A DNA stretch of 64,000 nucleotides from a virus: the IMG/VR virus record IMGVR_UViG_3300003771_000090, positions 3,902 through 67,901 of that record; one strand, given 5' to 3'. Positions 37,064 through 45,822 of the stretch are shown here, in pieces (position 1 is the stretch's first letter; every line of letters begins with the position of its first letter). The position numbers and the translations under genes were made by a program. The notes under the pieces were generated by a model. That model was not told the DNA's origin. It made no database searches and saw nothing but the letters and a program-made list of their open reading frames with translations.

Positions 37064-37086
37064 ATACTGTATGGACATACAGTATA
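37064..37086 (-). promoter_or_regulatory. LexA (SOS) box overlapping a -10 element
   Basis: CTGT-ATGGACAT-ACAG (37067-37082) inside the perfect inverted repeat ATACTGTATG-GA-CATACAGTAT; minus-strand TATACT at 37086-37081. Confidence 0.85.
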
Positions 37087-37120
37087 TCGCTGCCGGTGAT
37101 TCCTGGACTCTTCCGAGCGG

Positions 37121-37165
37121 TTACGCCCGTATTACGCCGTTGTGCGCTACAGGCAATATTTACGC
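37121..37165 (+). repeat. Probable integrase arm-type sites of the lambdoid att
   Basis: TTACGC direct repeats at 37121, 37132 and 37160, just left of the core. Confidence 0.45.
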
Positions 37166-37169
37166 GGTT

Positions 37170-37193
37170 GTTCGAGTCCCCTCCCTCGCACCA
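37170..37193 (+). other. att core: tRNA 3'-end fragment (probably tRNA-Leu)
   Basis: GTTCGAGTCCCCTCCCTCGCACCA = T-loop, acceptor 3' strand and CCA; no 5' half upstream. Confidence 0.85.
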
Positions 37194-37200
37194 ATCCACC

Positions 37201-37226
37201 TATAAGTTGCGTAATCGCAACTTATA
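37201..37226. other. Perfect hairpin after the att core
   Basis: TATAAGTTGCG-TAAT-CGCAACTTATA. Confidence 0.7.
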
Positions 37227-37378
37227 CACTCCGCGCCATTCAGTGGCACTACACGCCGCGAAGCCAAGCCCAGCAAAGGCTGGCGGATGTTTTGCGTGCT
37301 TGACCTCGGCCGAGGCGCGCCACTTCCTGGCACTATAGAATCACCCCGCGCTCCCCATTTTTTCCCCACGGATTCCCC

Positions 37379-38386
37379 ATGGCATCCTTTCAGAAAGTGG
37401 CGAAGGGCTGGCGAGTGCAGATTGCTATCAAGGGTCAGCGCGATAGCCGAATTTTTCCGAACAAGTTGCTGGCCACCGAGTGGGCGGCCCACCGCGAGGC
37501 CGATCTTCGCTCCATCGACAACCGCCAGGGCAGCAAAACCCACACCATCGGCGACGTCCTCGACGACTATCAACGCAAGATCAGCCCGACCAAGCGCGGC
37601 GCCCGGTGGGAAAAGCTCCGCCTGGACCTCATTGGCCGCAAGGAGGTTGAGGGCAGTCGCTTCCGCGACATCCTTCTGGTCAATCTGCGGCCCGCCCACA
37701 TCGCCGCCTGGCGCGATGCCAGACTGCGCGATGGCGTGGCCGGGTCGTCTGTGTCCCGCGAGATGTCCCTGCTGTCGCACGCCCTGCAGGTGGCGCGCAC
37801 CGAATGGGGCTGGCTGGTGACGGATCCGATGAAAGAGGTGCGCCGGCCGCCCGACAATCCGCCGCGTGAGCGCCTGGTCCCCCAGGCGGAGATCGAGGCG
37901 GTACTTATCGCCCTCGGGTACATAGAAGGCATGCCGGTCGTGCGGGCGTCCCAGCGCGTTGCCGTGGCGTTCCTGTTTGCGCTGGAGACGGCCATGCGGT
38001 CAGGCGAGATCCTTGGCCTGACCAGCTTCACAGTGGATTTTGAGCGACGGGTGGCGCGGCTGCCGCTGACCAAGAACGGCCTGGCGCGGGAGGTGCCGTT
38101 GTCGACTCGCGCCATCGAGCTGCTGCGGATGCTGCCGGCGGTGAACGAAGGGGCGCCGCTGTTCAGCCTGGTGCCGGCCAGCCGCGACGCGCTGTTCCGC
38201 AAGGCCAGAAACAAGGCCTGCATCGCGGACCTGACGTTCCACGACACGCGGCACGAAGCCATCACGCGCCTGGCGAAGAAACTGCAGCCGCTGGATCTGG
38301 CCCGGATGACGGGCCATACCAACTTGCAGGAGCTGATGACTTACTACAACGAGTCGGCGTCCAGCATCGCGCAGCGCCTGGGCTGA
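37379..38386 (+). CDS. int: Tyrosine integrase
   Basis: ETAMRSGEI, TKNG, FHDTRHEAITRL, TGH...YYN; TCCCCA repeats upstream (about 37351-37379) are possible arm sites. Confidence 0.95.
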   Translation: MASFQKVAKGWRVQIAIKGQRDSRIFPNKLLATEWAAHREADLRSIDNRQGSKTHTIGDVLDDYQRKISPTKRGARWEKLRLDLIGRKEVEGSRFRDILLVNLRPAHIAAWRDARLRDGVAGSSVSREMSLLSHALQVARTEWGWLVTDPMKEVRRPPDNPPRERLVPQAEIEAVLIALGYIEGMPVVRASQRVAVAFLFALETAMRSGEILGLTSFTVDFERRVARLPLTKNGLAREVPLSTRAIELLRMLPAVNEGAPLFSLVPASRDALFRKARNKACIADLTFHDTRHEAITRLAKKLQPLDLARMTGHTNLQELMTYYNESASSIAQRLG

Positions 38387-38410
38387 CGCTGCGAACGATG
38401 AAACATGTGG

Positions 38411-38743
38411 TCAGTCCGCATTGCGCGGACGACCACGCGGCTTGTCCTTGTACGACTCTGCCCAGGCCACCACCTCCGAGGCCTTCCAGCGAGGCAGGGC
38501 CTTGGCCGCCGCACCGCCGCCCGACTGCACGGACGGAATCCGGATCGCCTTCGGAAAATCCGGCAGCGTAACAATCCGCTCCCGCACCACCTTGGGCGAG
38601 CGCACCAGGAACTCGGCGATCCGATCCACATCCCACAGCGCCACGCTCACCGGCAGCGCCGGCCGCACATGATCGGCAACGGCCACGGCGATGCGTTCGA
38701 TCAGATCCCCGTTATTCATCGCGCGCTCCGTCGATACGAGCAT
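38411..38743 (-). CDS. Excisionase/AlpA-like HTH protein
   Basis: LWDVDRIAEFL...FPKAIRIP...RWKASEVVAW; convergent on int. Confidence 0.8.
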   Translation of the reverse strand: MLVSTERAMNNGDLIERIAVAVADHVRPALPVSVALWDVDRIAEFLVRSPKVVRERIVTLPDFPKAIRIPSVQSGGGAAAKALPRWKASEVVAWAESYKDKPRGRPRNAD

Positions 38744-39209
38744 GCACCGCGCGCCACCTGGGCGCGTTGTCGCCGTGGTTTTGCTGGTCCTCCACCGCCA
38801 ACGTCACCTCCAACAACTCCCTCCTCGTACACATCTGCTGAATTTCATCGGTCAGATTCAGCGCCCGCCCAATCACCCTGAACTCGTCTCCAGTAACCCC
38901 CAGCCGGCCCCGAGCCCGATACCGCTTTCCCACCGCAGCAATCGCCTCCACCGCCGCATCCATCGCCTCGCGCAGCTCACGGTTCTCGGCGAAGTAGAGA
39001 GCTGCGGCGAGCTGGCCGACATTCACACGAAAGCCCAGCGTGAACCAGGCATTTTCCGTGGCCGTGCCGTCCAGAATCTTGCTTAGCTCCACATGGGGAA
39101 TGAGTTGCAGATCCACCTCGGCCTTGTTGCTAAATCGATAGCACGACGGCAGACGGGCCACACGCGGCTGGTGCGCCCGCCGGTTCTTCCGATGTTTACT
39201 CGCTGGCAT
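38712..39209 (-). CDS. Phage hypothetical protein
   Basis: 165 aa, basic N-terminus, in the early operon. Confidence 0.75.
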   Translation of the reverse strand: MPASKHRKNRRAHQPRVARLPSCYRFSNKAEVDLQLIPHVELSKILDGTATENAWFTLGFRVNVGQLAAALYFAENRELREAMDAAVEAIAAVGKRYRARGRLGVTGDEFRVIGRALNLTDEIQQMCTRRELLEVTLAVEDQQNHGDNAPRWRAVHARIDGARDE

Positions 39210-39211
39210 GG

Positions 39212-39442
39212 TCAGTCCTCAAAATCGCCGGCTGCGCGGCGTTTCAGGTCGATGGGATTAGCGCGCGGCCGAACCTGGTCACGCGCAGCCATGGCACGGG
39301 CTGCGGCGGCCACGGTGCGGCGCAGCAGGTTCGACATGGCGTCGAAAGGGGTGGCAATGCGCAGTGCCCGGTGCGTACGTCGCAGTTGCGCTTCGGTGAC
39401 GAGCGGTCTATCCACGGCGGTCTCCCTGGCGAATGAACCCAT
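39212..39442 (-). CDS. Phage hypothetical protein
   Basis: 76 aa, IDLKRRAAGD C-terminus. Confidence 0.7.
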   Translation of the reverse strand: MGSFARETAVDRPLVTEAQLRRTHRALRIATPFDAMSNLLRRTVAAAARAMAARDQVRPRANPIDLKRRAAGDFED

Positions 39443-39650
39443 CCCACACGCCCCGGCCGTAGCACAGCGTGAAAAACAGGCTGACCACGAACATGCCGGG
39501 TTCGTCGGTGGCCATCGTCAGGTGCAGCCAGGCAGGCTGCCCGGCCAGGCCGAGCAACGCCCCCCAGCGCACCCGGTGTGCGCCGGCGTTGAACAGGTAG
39601 ACCGACGCCACGGCCGTGGCGATCATCCAGACATTCAGCAGGGCGTACAT
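39408..39650 (-). CDS. Small multi-TM protein
   Basis: 80 aa, three hydrophobic segments. Confidence 0.7.
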   Translation of the reverse strand: MYALLNVWMIATAVASVYLFNAGAHRVRWGALLGLAGQPAWLHLTMATDEPGMFVVSLFFTLCYGRGVWDGFIRQGDRRG

Positions 39651-39808
39651 CACGCAGCCCTCCCGATGGCGGATGCGCGACAGAAGCGCGGAGGCTCGGT
39701 CAGGCGATCCAGCGCGCGCAGCTGCGCATCCAGGCGTGTGCGCGCCAGCGTGGTGAACTCGCTGCGGATGCCGGTATGGGAAACGATGCATACGATAAAA
39801 GCAGACAT
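39650..39808 (-). CDS. Small phage protein (52 aa)
   Basis: MSAFIVCIV...; immediately downstream of the primase-helicase. Confidence 0.6.
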   Translation of the reverse strand: MSAFIVCIVSHTGIRSEFTTLARTRLDAQLRALDRLTEPPRFCRASAIGRAA

Positions 39809-39810
39809 AC

Positions 39811-42519
39811 TCAAGCTCCCAAATTCGCCGGCCGATCCTCGAACACCCAGCACTTCACAGTGGCAGGGCGTTTCGGCTGATGGATGTGCTCGGCGTTAAA
39901 TCGCGCGTTGATCGCGCTGTTGACGACCCGCAGATCAATGAACTTGCGGTGCCGAGATGTCTTCAGCACGCGTTTCAGTTCGGGCAGCGGGGGAAGGTTC
40001 AGGCGGCGGTCGTTTGCCACCTGTTCGAAATGACGCAGGCTGATGGCGATAACGCCATCGCCTCGGGCGTGGTTCAGCACCGCCTGGTCGTCGGCGGCAG
40101 ACTCGATGTGGTCGTACAGTTCCCAGAAGTCCTGCACCAGCGGGTGATCGGCGCCGATGGCCTGCTGGCGTTCCACGGCCATCTGCACCAGCTGGCGCTG
40201 TGCGGCATCGCGGTATTCAGCCGGCACCGGCAACACCATGGGCAGGCAGTCGACCATCGCCATGATCTGCGCGTGGTTCTTCGCCAGGCGCTGGTTCTTG
40301 ACGTCGGGATTTCGTATCAGCGTGTCCTGGTAGTGCGGCATGCGCTCGACAAAGCGCGCCAGAATGTCGTCTTCCTTCAGGATGGCCGACAGCAGGAAGC
40401 CCGACACATCCTCCACCGGCATCTGTTCCAGCGCGCGGGCGGCGGCGAAAGTGTCGGCGTCCTGGCCCGAGCGGTCGAAGTACAGATGAACGATCCGCTG
40501 CAGGATGGCGTCGCTGGCGCACACGTCGGCGTTCTGACTGATCACCACCGCGCCACGGAAGGGCGATTCGTCGGTCTCGTTCCCCGAATTCTTCACGCCG
40601 CGCGAGCGAGAGCTGCGGCCGTTGTAGGCAGTTTTCAGCTCGTTCCAGTCGAAGCCCTTGACCTTGGCGCCGTCATCGCCACGGTCGGCCTCGATCATCA
40701 CGACTGGCAGATTCGACACCTGCGAGAAATTGCGCGCCCGCGCCGCGATAGACGCCTTGGACGGGTCAAAGCCCTCGTAGTCGCGCCGGCCGCACAGTTT
40801 CCACAGGAACTCGATCAGCGTGGATTTGCCGGCGCCGGGCTCGCCCACTACCTCCAGGAACGGGTAGCTCTTCTGCTTGATGCCGTCGCCTTCACGGATC
40901 TGCTCCACAAACAGCGACCCGAGCCAGAACGCCAGCGCCACGATGGCCTTCGCGCCGAACGCGCGCCACAGCGTGTCCAGCCAGTCGTGCCGGAAAGCCT
41001 TCAGGTCAGTGTTCAGGGAAAGGCCGGCCGAGCCGAGAATGCTCTTGATCGACAGCCGGCCGATGTCGAAAAAATCCTCGTCGTTGAGCGTGTAGAGCTT
41101 GCCGTCCTTCACCGCTACATCGGAGTACACATAGCACCCGCTTTCCCTGGTGTAGCCGACATAGTTGATCGTCTGCACGCTCTTGATGCGGTGCATTTGC
41201 TCTTTCAGATAAGTGTCCAGCTGCCCGTTCGATCCGGTGTAGAACGCCCCCGGCGCCACGGCCAGCAGGCGCTTCTTGAACTCGGTAGCCGACGCCACCT
41301 GGGCGCTGGTGAACGTGTTCTTGATCGGCGCGGCATCGTGCGGAAAGGCGACGCGGAAGTAGTACCAGGCCTCGTCGGTGGCCGCGTTCGCCTGGTAGTA
41401 AAGGACGGTGGGCAGGCACGTCGCGATGTTCGTGACTACCCCGGCCTTTAGCATCGCTTCGTCGCGGATCTCTGTTTCATCGAGATGTCTGTGCGTGCTG
41501 CGCACCGCATCCATCTCGCGCGTCAGCGCGTCCAGGTCGAGCTTGAACCAGTAAAGCCTGCTCTCGAAGTCGAACGCGAACTGGCTCATGCTGGTGCGGC
41601 CATAGATCAGTCGTGCCTTCTCGGCCGCCGTGGGAGCGGCCAGCAGGTCGCCCAGATACCGGTACTCGGCAATGTCCTGCTCGGTCAGCTTGTCCAGCTG
41701 ATGCAGATCGTTCCAATCGAGCTTCTTCTTGCCTCTCTGCCTTGGCAGCGCGATGGAGGCTTGCCAGCCGTCCTCGCGACTGCGCTTGAGCCATTGCCTG
41801 GCATACCGCATGCCGGCCTTGTCCGCATCCAGCGCCCACACCAGCCGTGGTCGTGGCTTGCCATTGGCCGCGCACTGTTCGGCCACGCCGCGCAAGGCGT
41901 GCGCGGGGTAGTTCGTGCAGGACAGGGCCGACGCTGCGGCGATGCCGTGGTGGAGCAGGGCGATGGCATCGAACACGCCCTCCACAATCCACAGTTCTTC
42001 GGCGCCGCCAAGGTTCGCTCCCGGTGGTTGCCACCACATCCCCGCGTAACTGCCGTGGAAGGTCGCCTTGCGGTCCCCAAAGCGATGCGCCTGGTCGATG
42101 ATCCGTTCCCAATAGGCGCCGGGCGCCAGCGCAAAGCGCACCGTGGCGCTGCCGATCTTGAGTTCGTGGCTGTAGTAACTCTCCTGCGTGTACCAGTCGC
42201 GCACTTTCGCCAGATCGAAGCCGCGGCCGTCACGCATGTACGCATCGGCCGACGCCTTCGGGTTCTCAGGCGTGGGGCGGAAGCGGTCTGACCAGCTCTC
42301 AAAAAGATCGGGGTACAGATCCTTGATATGCAGCTCCGCACCGCATTTGTTCAGCCGGTTGCAGCGGATCACCCACGGCGCATCGCCAAACGCCCATAGC
42401 GCGTTCTTGCCGCAGGATGGGCAGTGGCCCGCCTCCAGCTTCGCGCCGGACTGCTTCTGCTTGAACGCGTAGTCGCGCAGCAGGCGGCTGGTGACATCGG
42501 AATGCAGGGATGGGTCCAT
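39811..42519 (-). CDS. Zn finger-Toprim primase-helicase replication protein
   Basis: CPSCGK...CNRLNKCG, WIVEGVFDAI, WALDADKAG (Toprim), GEPGAGKST Walker A. Confidence 0.9.
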   Translation of the reverse strand: MDPSLHSDVTSRLLRDYAFKQKQSGAKLEAGHCPSCGKNALWAFGDAPWVIRCNRLNKCGAELHIKDLYPDLFESWSDRFRPTPENPKASADAYMRDGRGFDLAKVRDWYTQESYYSHELKIGSATVRFALAPGAYWERIIDQAHRFGDRKATFHGSYAGMWWQPPGANLGGAEELWIVEGVFDAIALLHHGIAAASALSCTNYPAHALRGVAEQCAANGKPRPRLVWALDADKAGMRYARQWLKRSREDGWQASIALPRQRGKKKLDWNDLHQLDKLTEQDIAEYRYLGDLLAAPTAAEKARLIYGRTSMSQFAFDFESRLYWFKLDLDALTREMDAVRSTHRHLDETEIRDEAMLKAGVVTNIATCLPTVLYYQANAATDEAWYYFRVAFPHDAAPIKNTFTSAQVASATEFKKRLLAVAPGAFYTGSNGQLDTYLKEQMHRIKSVQTINYVGYTRESGCYVYSDVAVKDGKLYTLNDEDFFDIGRLSIKSILGSAGLSLNTDLKAFRHDWLDTLWRAFGAKAIVALAFWLGSLFVEQIREGDGIKQKSYPFLEVVGEPGAGKSTLIEFLWKLCGRRDYEGFDPSKASIAARARNFSQVSNLPVVMIEADRGDDGAKVKGFDWNELKTAYNGRSSRSRGVKNSGNETDESPFRGAVVISQNADVCASDAILQRIVHLYFDRSGQDADTFAAARALEQMPVEDVSGFLLSAILKEDDILARFVERMPHYQDTLIRNPDVKNQRLAKNHAQIMAMVDCLPMVLPVPAEYRDAAQRQLVQMAVERQQAIGADHPLVQDFWELYDHIESAADDQAVLNHARGDGVIAISLRHFEQVANDRRLNLPPLPELKRVLKTSRHRKFIDLRVVNSAINARFNAEHIHQPKRPATVKCWVFEDRPANLGA

Positions 42520-42600
42520 GAGATCCAGGCAAAAGGGTGGCCCTCACGGCCCGCTGGACGCGCCGTGAACGAAAGAAACCGGAATGGGAAAGTCAGGCCG

Positions 42601-42849
42601 CTACGTGGGCAGCAGATCCATCTGCCGCGTGTCCTGCGGGGTGCCGCGCGCCCTGCCTTGCGGCAGGTACGCCTTGGGGTTGGGCATCATGCTCGGCGCG
42701 ATGGTGTGCACGGCGGAGAGCAGCATCTTGCAGGTGTAGGCGCACTCGACGTTCGGGCACTGGACATACAGCTCGCGGGAGAGCAGAGAGACGGCGCGGC
42801 TGGTGCGGATCTGCAGGCGGTAGGCGCAGTGAGGGCAGAGCATCATCAT
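42601..42849 (-). CDS. ogr: Ogr/Delta late-gene activator
   Basis: CPHC...IRTSR...ELYVQCPNVECAYT C4 Zn finger. Confidence 0.95.
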   Translation of the reverse strand: MMMLCPHCAYRLQIRTSRAVSLLSRELYVQCPNVECAYTCKMLLSAVHTIAPSMMPNPKAYLPQGRARGTPQDTRQMDLLPT

Positions 42850-43070
42850 CTGGCGCCGCTCCGCAGTGGGGTCGTGCGTGCCGGTTTGCACTCGTAGGCA
42901 GACAGCCCTTCGAGCAGGATCAACCGCGCTAGGCTCGACAGCGAGCGGTTTTCCACAAGTGCCAGCCGCTCTAGCTGCTCACGTTCCTGGGAGAGCAGAC
43001 GCATGCTGATTGGCTTGTCCTTCAGCACCCCTCGCGGGGCGCGCGTTACCGGTGTTTTCGCACGAGACAT
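42846..43070 (-). CDS. Ribbon-helix-helix (Arc-like) early regulator, Cox position
   Basis: KPISMRLLSQEREQLERLALVENRSLSSLARL; divergent from the repressor. Confidence 0.75.
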   Translation of the reverse strand: MSRAKTPVTRAPRGVLKDKPISMRLLSQEREQLERLALVENRSLSSLARLILLEGLSAYECKPARTTPLRSGAR

Positions 43071-43140
43071 GGCGGATATACTCTGTGTGAAAGTTAGCGA
43101 TGCACAACACGAGTATCTAACCAATCGGTTTGTTTTTGCA

Positions 43141-43575
43141 ATGACTGAAACCATCTCAGAAAGCAGTTTCGGAGAACGGCTATGTGAGGAACGAAAGCGG
43201 GCCGGACTCACTCAGGCAGCCTTTGCCGTATTGGGCGGCGTGACACCCAAATCGCAGGTTCTGTACGAAAAGTCAGAGCGGTTGCCGGATGCGGGCTACC
43301 TCGCCGCCATCGCCAACGAAGGCTTCGACGTGATGTACATCCTCATCGGCCAGCGCGTGGCGGAAGCGTTGTCGGTGGAAGAGAGCGCGCTGCTGACGGG
43401 ATATCGCAACGTCGACCAGAGAGCGCGTGCTGGCGTCCTGGCACTGCTCAGCGGCATTCAGCCCGAGCCGGTGCGACGTGTCGCCGTGAAAGGCGATGTT
43501 GGCCAGTTCGTCGAAGGCAATCTGCACGTGTCGGCGCCGTTGACCATCAACATGCGAAAGAGGCGAAAGAATTGA
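43141..43575 (+). CDS. Immunity repressor (XRE HTH)
   Basis: FGERLCEERKRAGLTQAAFAVLGGVTPKSQVLYEKSER. Confidence 0.9.
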   Translation: MTETISESSFGERLCEERKRAGLTQAAFAVLGGVTPKSQVLYEKSERLPDAGYLAAIANEGFDVMYILIGQRVAEALSVEESALLTGYRNVDQRARAGVLALLSGIQPEPVRRVAVKGDVGQFVEGNLHVSAPLTINMRKRRKN

Positions 43576-43653
43576 CTCACACATGGCGTGTGCCACGACG
43601 CGCGCCAAAAGGCAGGGGTCGACCGCAGTCGTTGTTTCTTTTTTGGGAATGCG

Positions 43654-44112
43654 ATGAAGAAAGAAAAAAGCGATCTGGTTGTTGACGGAGATGTGGGCCA
43701 GGTGGTGATGGCGTCGAGCGTGGTGTACCACGCGGGCAGCGGGCCAGGGCAGGTCAGCAACGCCATAAATATGGCCGGCTCAGTAGAGCGGGCCAACGCC
43801 GGCACTGAGCCCGGAAGTAAGCCCTCGGCCAAGTGCCACAAGTGCGCCGCAGTAGCGCAACGCTTCCGCCGGATCAAGCTGGCCGTGGCCCTCGCCGCAG
43901 CGGCTGCGTGCGGGGCTCTTGTAGCCACTGTCCGAAGCCACTTCGCGGAATGCGAACCAGCTCAGGCGGTGGCAAGCCAGTGCCATTTCGATGGTCGGCA
44001 ATACTCAGCCGGCAGCATCGTCAAGATGTCCGATGGCCTGGCCCGAGAGTGCCTGGAGTCGGTCGGCGGCAGGGCTCACAGATGGTCGGAGTTTGCGCTG
44101 CGACCGATCTAG
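43654..44112 (+). CDS. Single-TM protein in the lysogeny operon
   Basis: N-terminal GDVGQVV, CHKC, TM segment, C-terminal CHFDGRQYSAG...C small domain. Confidence 0.75.
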   Translation: MKKEKSDLVVDGDVGQVVMASSVVYHAGSGPGQVSNAINMAGSVERANAGTEPGSKPSAKCHKCAAVAQRFRRIKLAVALAAAAACGALVATVRSHFAECEPAQAVASQCHFDGRQYSAGSIVKMSDGLARECLESVGGRAHRWSEFALRPI

Positions 44113-44239
44113 GTTTTTCGAATCGAAGCGCCCCCCAAATTGTCCGTGGTTCATGTCGACGCCACGGATCACAACCCGGAACACCCGTTTGCCTGATGTT
44201 CTGGCATGCGGGCTTGCGCCGGAATGGGAGGATGTATCG

Positions 44240-44944
44240 ATGGCTCTGTTGAATTGCACCGAATGCAACAAGGAAATCTCCGACAAGGCACCCGCATGCC
44301 CGCATTGCGGCGTAAAGAGGAAGTCGAAGCTTAAAGAGGTGCTCGCCGGTGTTGTGGGTATCGCCGTTGTGATCGGCGTACTGGCTCAATGCGTGGGCAG
44401 TCCAGAGGACCAGAGCGATTCAAAACAAGTTGGCCCAGCCGTGGAAAAGTCAGGGGAGGCAAAAGGGGACGCAACTGCCGCCGTCACCACTGCCACCATC
44501 GGCCGTAGCACCGACGAGGTGTTGGGAAATCTCACCGTTATCGAACGCTCCCCAAGCGTCCCCTTGCGGGACGGCAGCTCGCGCGAGTCCATCAAGTTGG
44601 GCAAGTATCTCCATCTCGAAACGGTTGGAGATCCGGCCGACTTGGTTGCGTACACCATGATGTTCGGGGCACCGAGCGACGACAAGCCGGCGGCGGTTCA
44701 GGCCACCATGTACGTAGGGGAAGTCCTGGCAAACACGTTTCCGCATTGGGGGAAAGCGGGCAATGGCGATACTGTTGGGAAATGGATGGTGACCGCCTCA
44801 AAACAACTCAGCGCGAATGTCAGGAAGAACAAGGACGACCCCGATCCTGTGATCCTGGAGCGAGATGGGCTTCGCATCCGTTACACGGCAAACACGTTCC
44901 TCGGACTGTTCTTTATTACGGTGGAGCCGCTGGCCGCTTCATAG
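44240..44944 (+). CDS. Zn-ribbon + TM + periplasmic-domain protein
   Basis: CTEC...CPHC, TM VLAGVVGIAVVIGVLA, then a soluble domain. Confidence 0.85.
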   Translation: MALLNCTECNKEISDKAPACPHCGVKRKSKLKEVLAGVVGIAVVIGVLAQCVGSPEDQSDSKQVGPAVEKSGEAKGDATAAVTTATIGRSTDEVLGNLTVIERSPSVPLRDGSSRESIKLGKYLHLETVGDPADLVAYTMMFGAPSDDKPAAVQATMYVGEVLANTFPHWGKAGNGDTVGKWMVTASKQLSANVRKNKDDPDPVILERDGLRIRYTANTFLGLFFITVEPLAAS

Positions 44945-44948
44945 CCGA

Positions 44949-45662
44949 TCACCGCAGTCGTGCAGAAGCACTGGCATGATACGCCGCCTCAATCTCACAC
45001 CCCACCCACCGATGCCCGTGCTCCTTCGCCGCAGCCAGGAACGTGCCTGAGCCGGCAAAGGGATCGCAGACAACGCTGCCGGCCGGCACCAGGCGCACGA
45101 CCTCGCGGGCCAGGCCGGCGGGCTTCTGCGTCATGTGAGATTTCGGCCGTGGCAGGCGCTCCGCGAACACACCCGGCAGATGCACCTTATGGTCGGTACG
45201 CACCGCACCCTTCGTCGCCCGCACCATGAATTCCGCCTGCTGCGAAAACCCGCCCAGGCGCGGCCGGGCGCCGCCGGCGGTCTTGTCCCAGACAGCCACG
45301 CTGCGCCAGATGAAGCCCGCGCCCTGGACGGCATCTGTCAGGCTCGGCAACTGCCGCCAGTCGATGAAGCAGACCAGGTGGCCACCATCCTTGGCAGCGC
45401 GGAACGCCTCGCTCAGCCAGTTCATGCACCAGTAGGTCCAGGACCGCTGATCCTTGTTGTCGTGGCTGAACTCAGGATAGACGGTCTTAACGTCCGCGCC
45501 GATGTACTTCTGGCCCGGTGCCTGGGTGCGGGTGCTGGAATGCAGGCCGCCGGACGAGTAGGGCGGGTCGGTGAAGAATAGGTCAACGGACTGGTCGGGC
45601 AGCCCGCGCAGCATGTCAAGGGCGTTGCTTTGGTAGAGGCGGTCGAGCTTCATGGCGGGCAT
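44949..45662 (-). CDS. Amino-DNA (N4C/N6A) methyltransferase, beta class
   Basis: TDPPY motif IV before DPFAGSG motif I; HMTQKP. Confidence 0.95.
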   Translation of the reverse strand: MPAMKLDRLYQSNALDMLRGLPDQSVDLFFTDPPYSSGGLHSSTRTQAPGQKYIGADVKTVYPEFSHDNKDQRSWTYWCMNWLSEAFRAAKDGGHLVCFIDWRQLPSLTDAVQGAGFIWRSVAVWDKTAGGARPRLGGFSQQAEFMVRATKGAVRTDHKVHLPGVFAERLPRPKSHMTQKPAGLAREVVRLVPAGSVVCDPFAGSGTFLAAAKEHGHRWVGCEIEAAYHASASARLR

Positions 45663-45822
45663 CTCCGGTACACGAAGCTCGCGGGCTCTCGGGTCCGGGG
45701 CGCTCGGCCCTCAGCTGGTTCATCGTGCCGCAGCGCGGGCACTTGATGGCAAGGCGAATGTACTCCCCCATGCCAAGCTTGCGGTTGCAGCTACCGCAGC
45801 GGATTTCCTGCATGATTTGCAC
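45616..45822 (-). CDS. com: Com-family Zn-ribbon regulator
   Basis: EIRCGSCNRKL...IKCPRCGTMN; overlaps the MTase start. Confidence 0.85.
   Translation of the reverse strand: MQIMQEIRCGSCNRKLGMGEYIRLAIKCPRCGTMNQLRAERPGPESPRASCTGDARHEARPPLPKQRP

Larger units (their letters stand above)
1..37193. mobile_element. Lambdoid prophage (HK97-like head, siphovirus tail); left part incl. integrase outside the window
   Basis: Continuous lambdoid synteny: leftward early genes, cI/cro, replication, Q-like, HNH-TerS-TerL-portal-protease-capsid, tail, lysis; ends at tRNA 3' fragment 37170-37193. Confidence 0.95.

Noticed and set aside
37090-37193. Intact tRNA gene
   Set aside because: Only the T-loop/acceptor 3' part is present; the required GCGAGGG 5' strand and the D and anticodon arms are missing.
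39880-41451. 523-aa plus-strand ORF
   Set aside because: Shadow of the primase-helicase gene.
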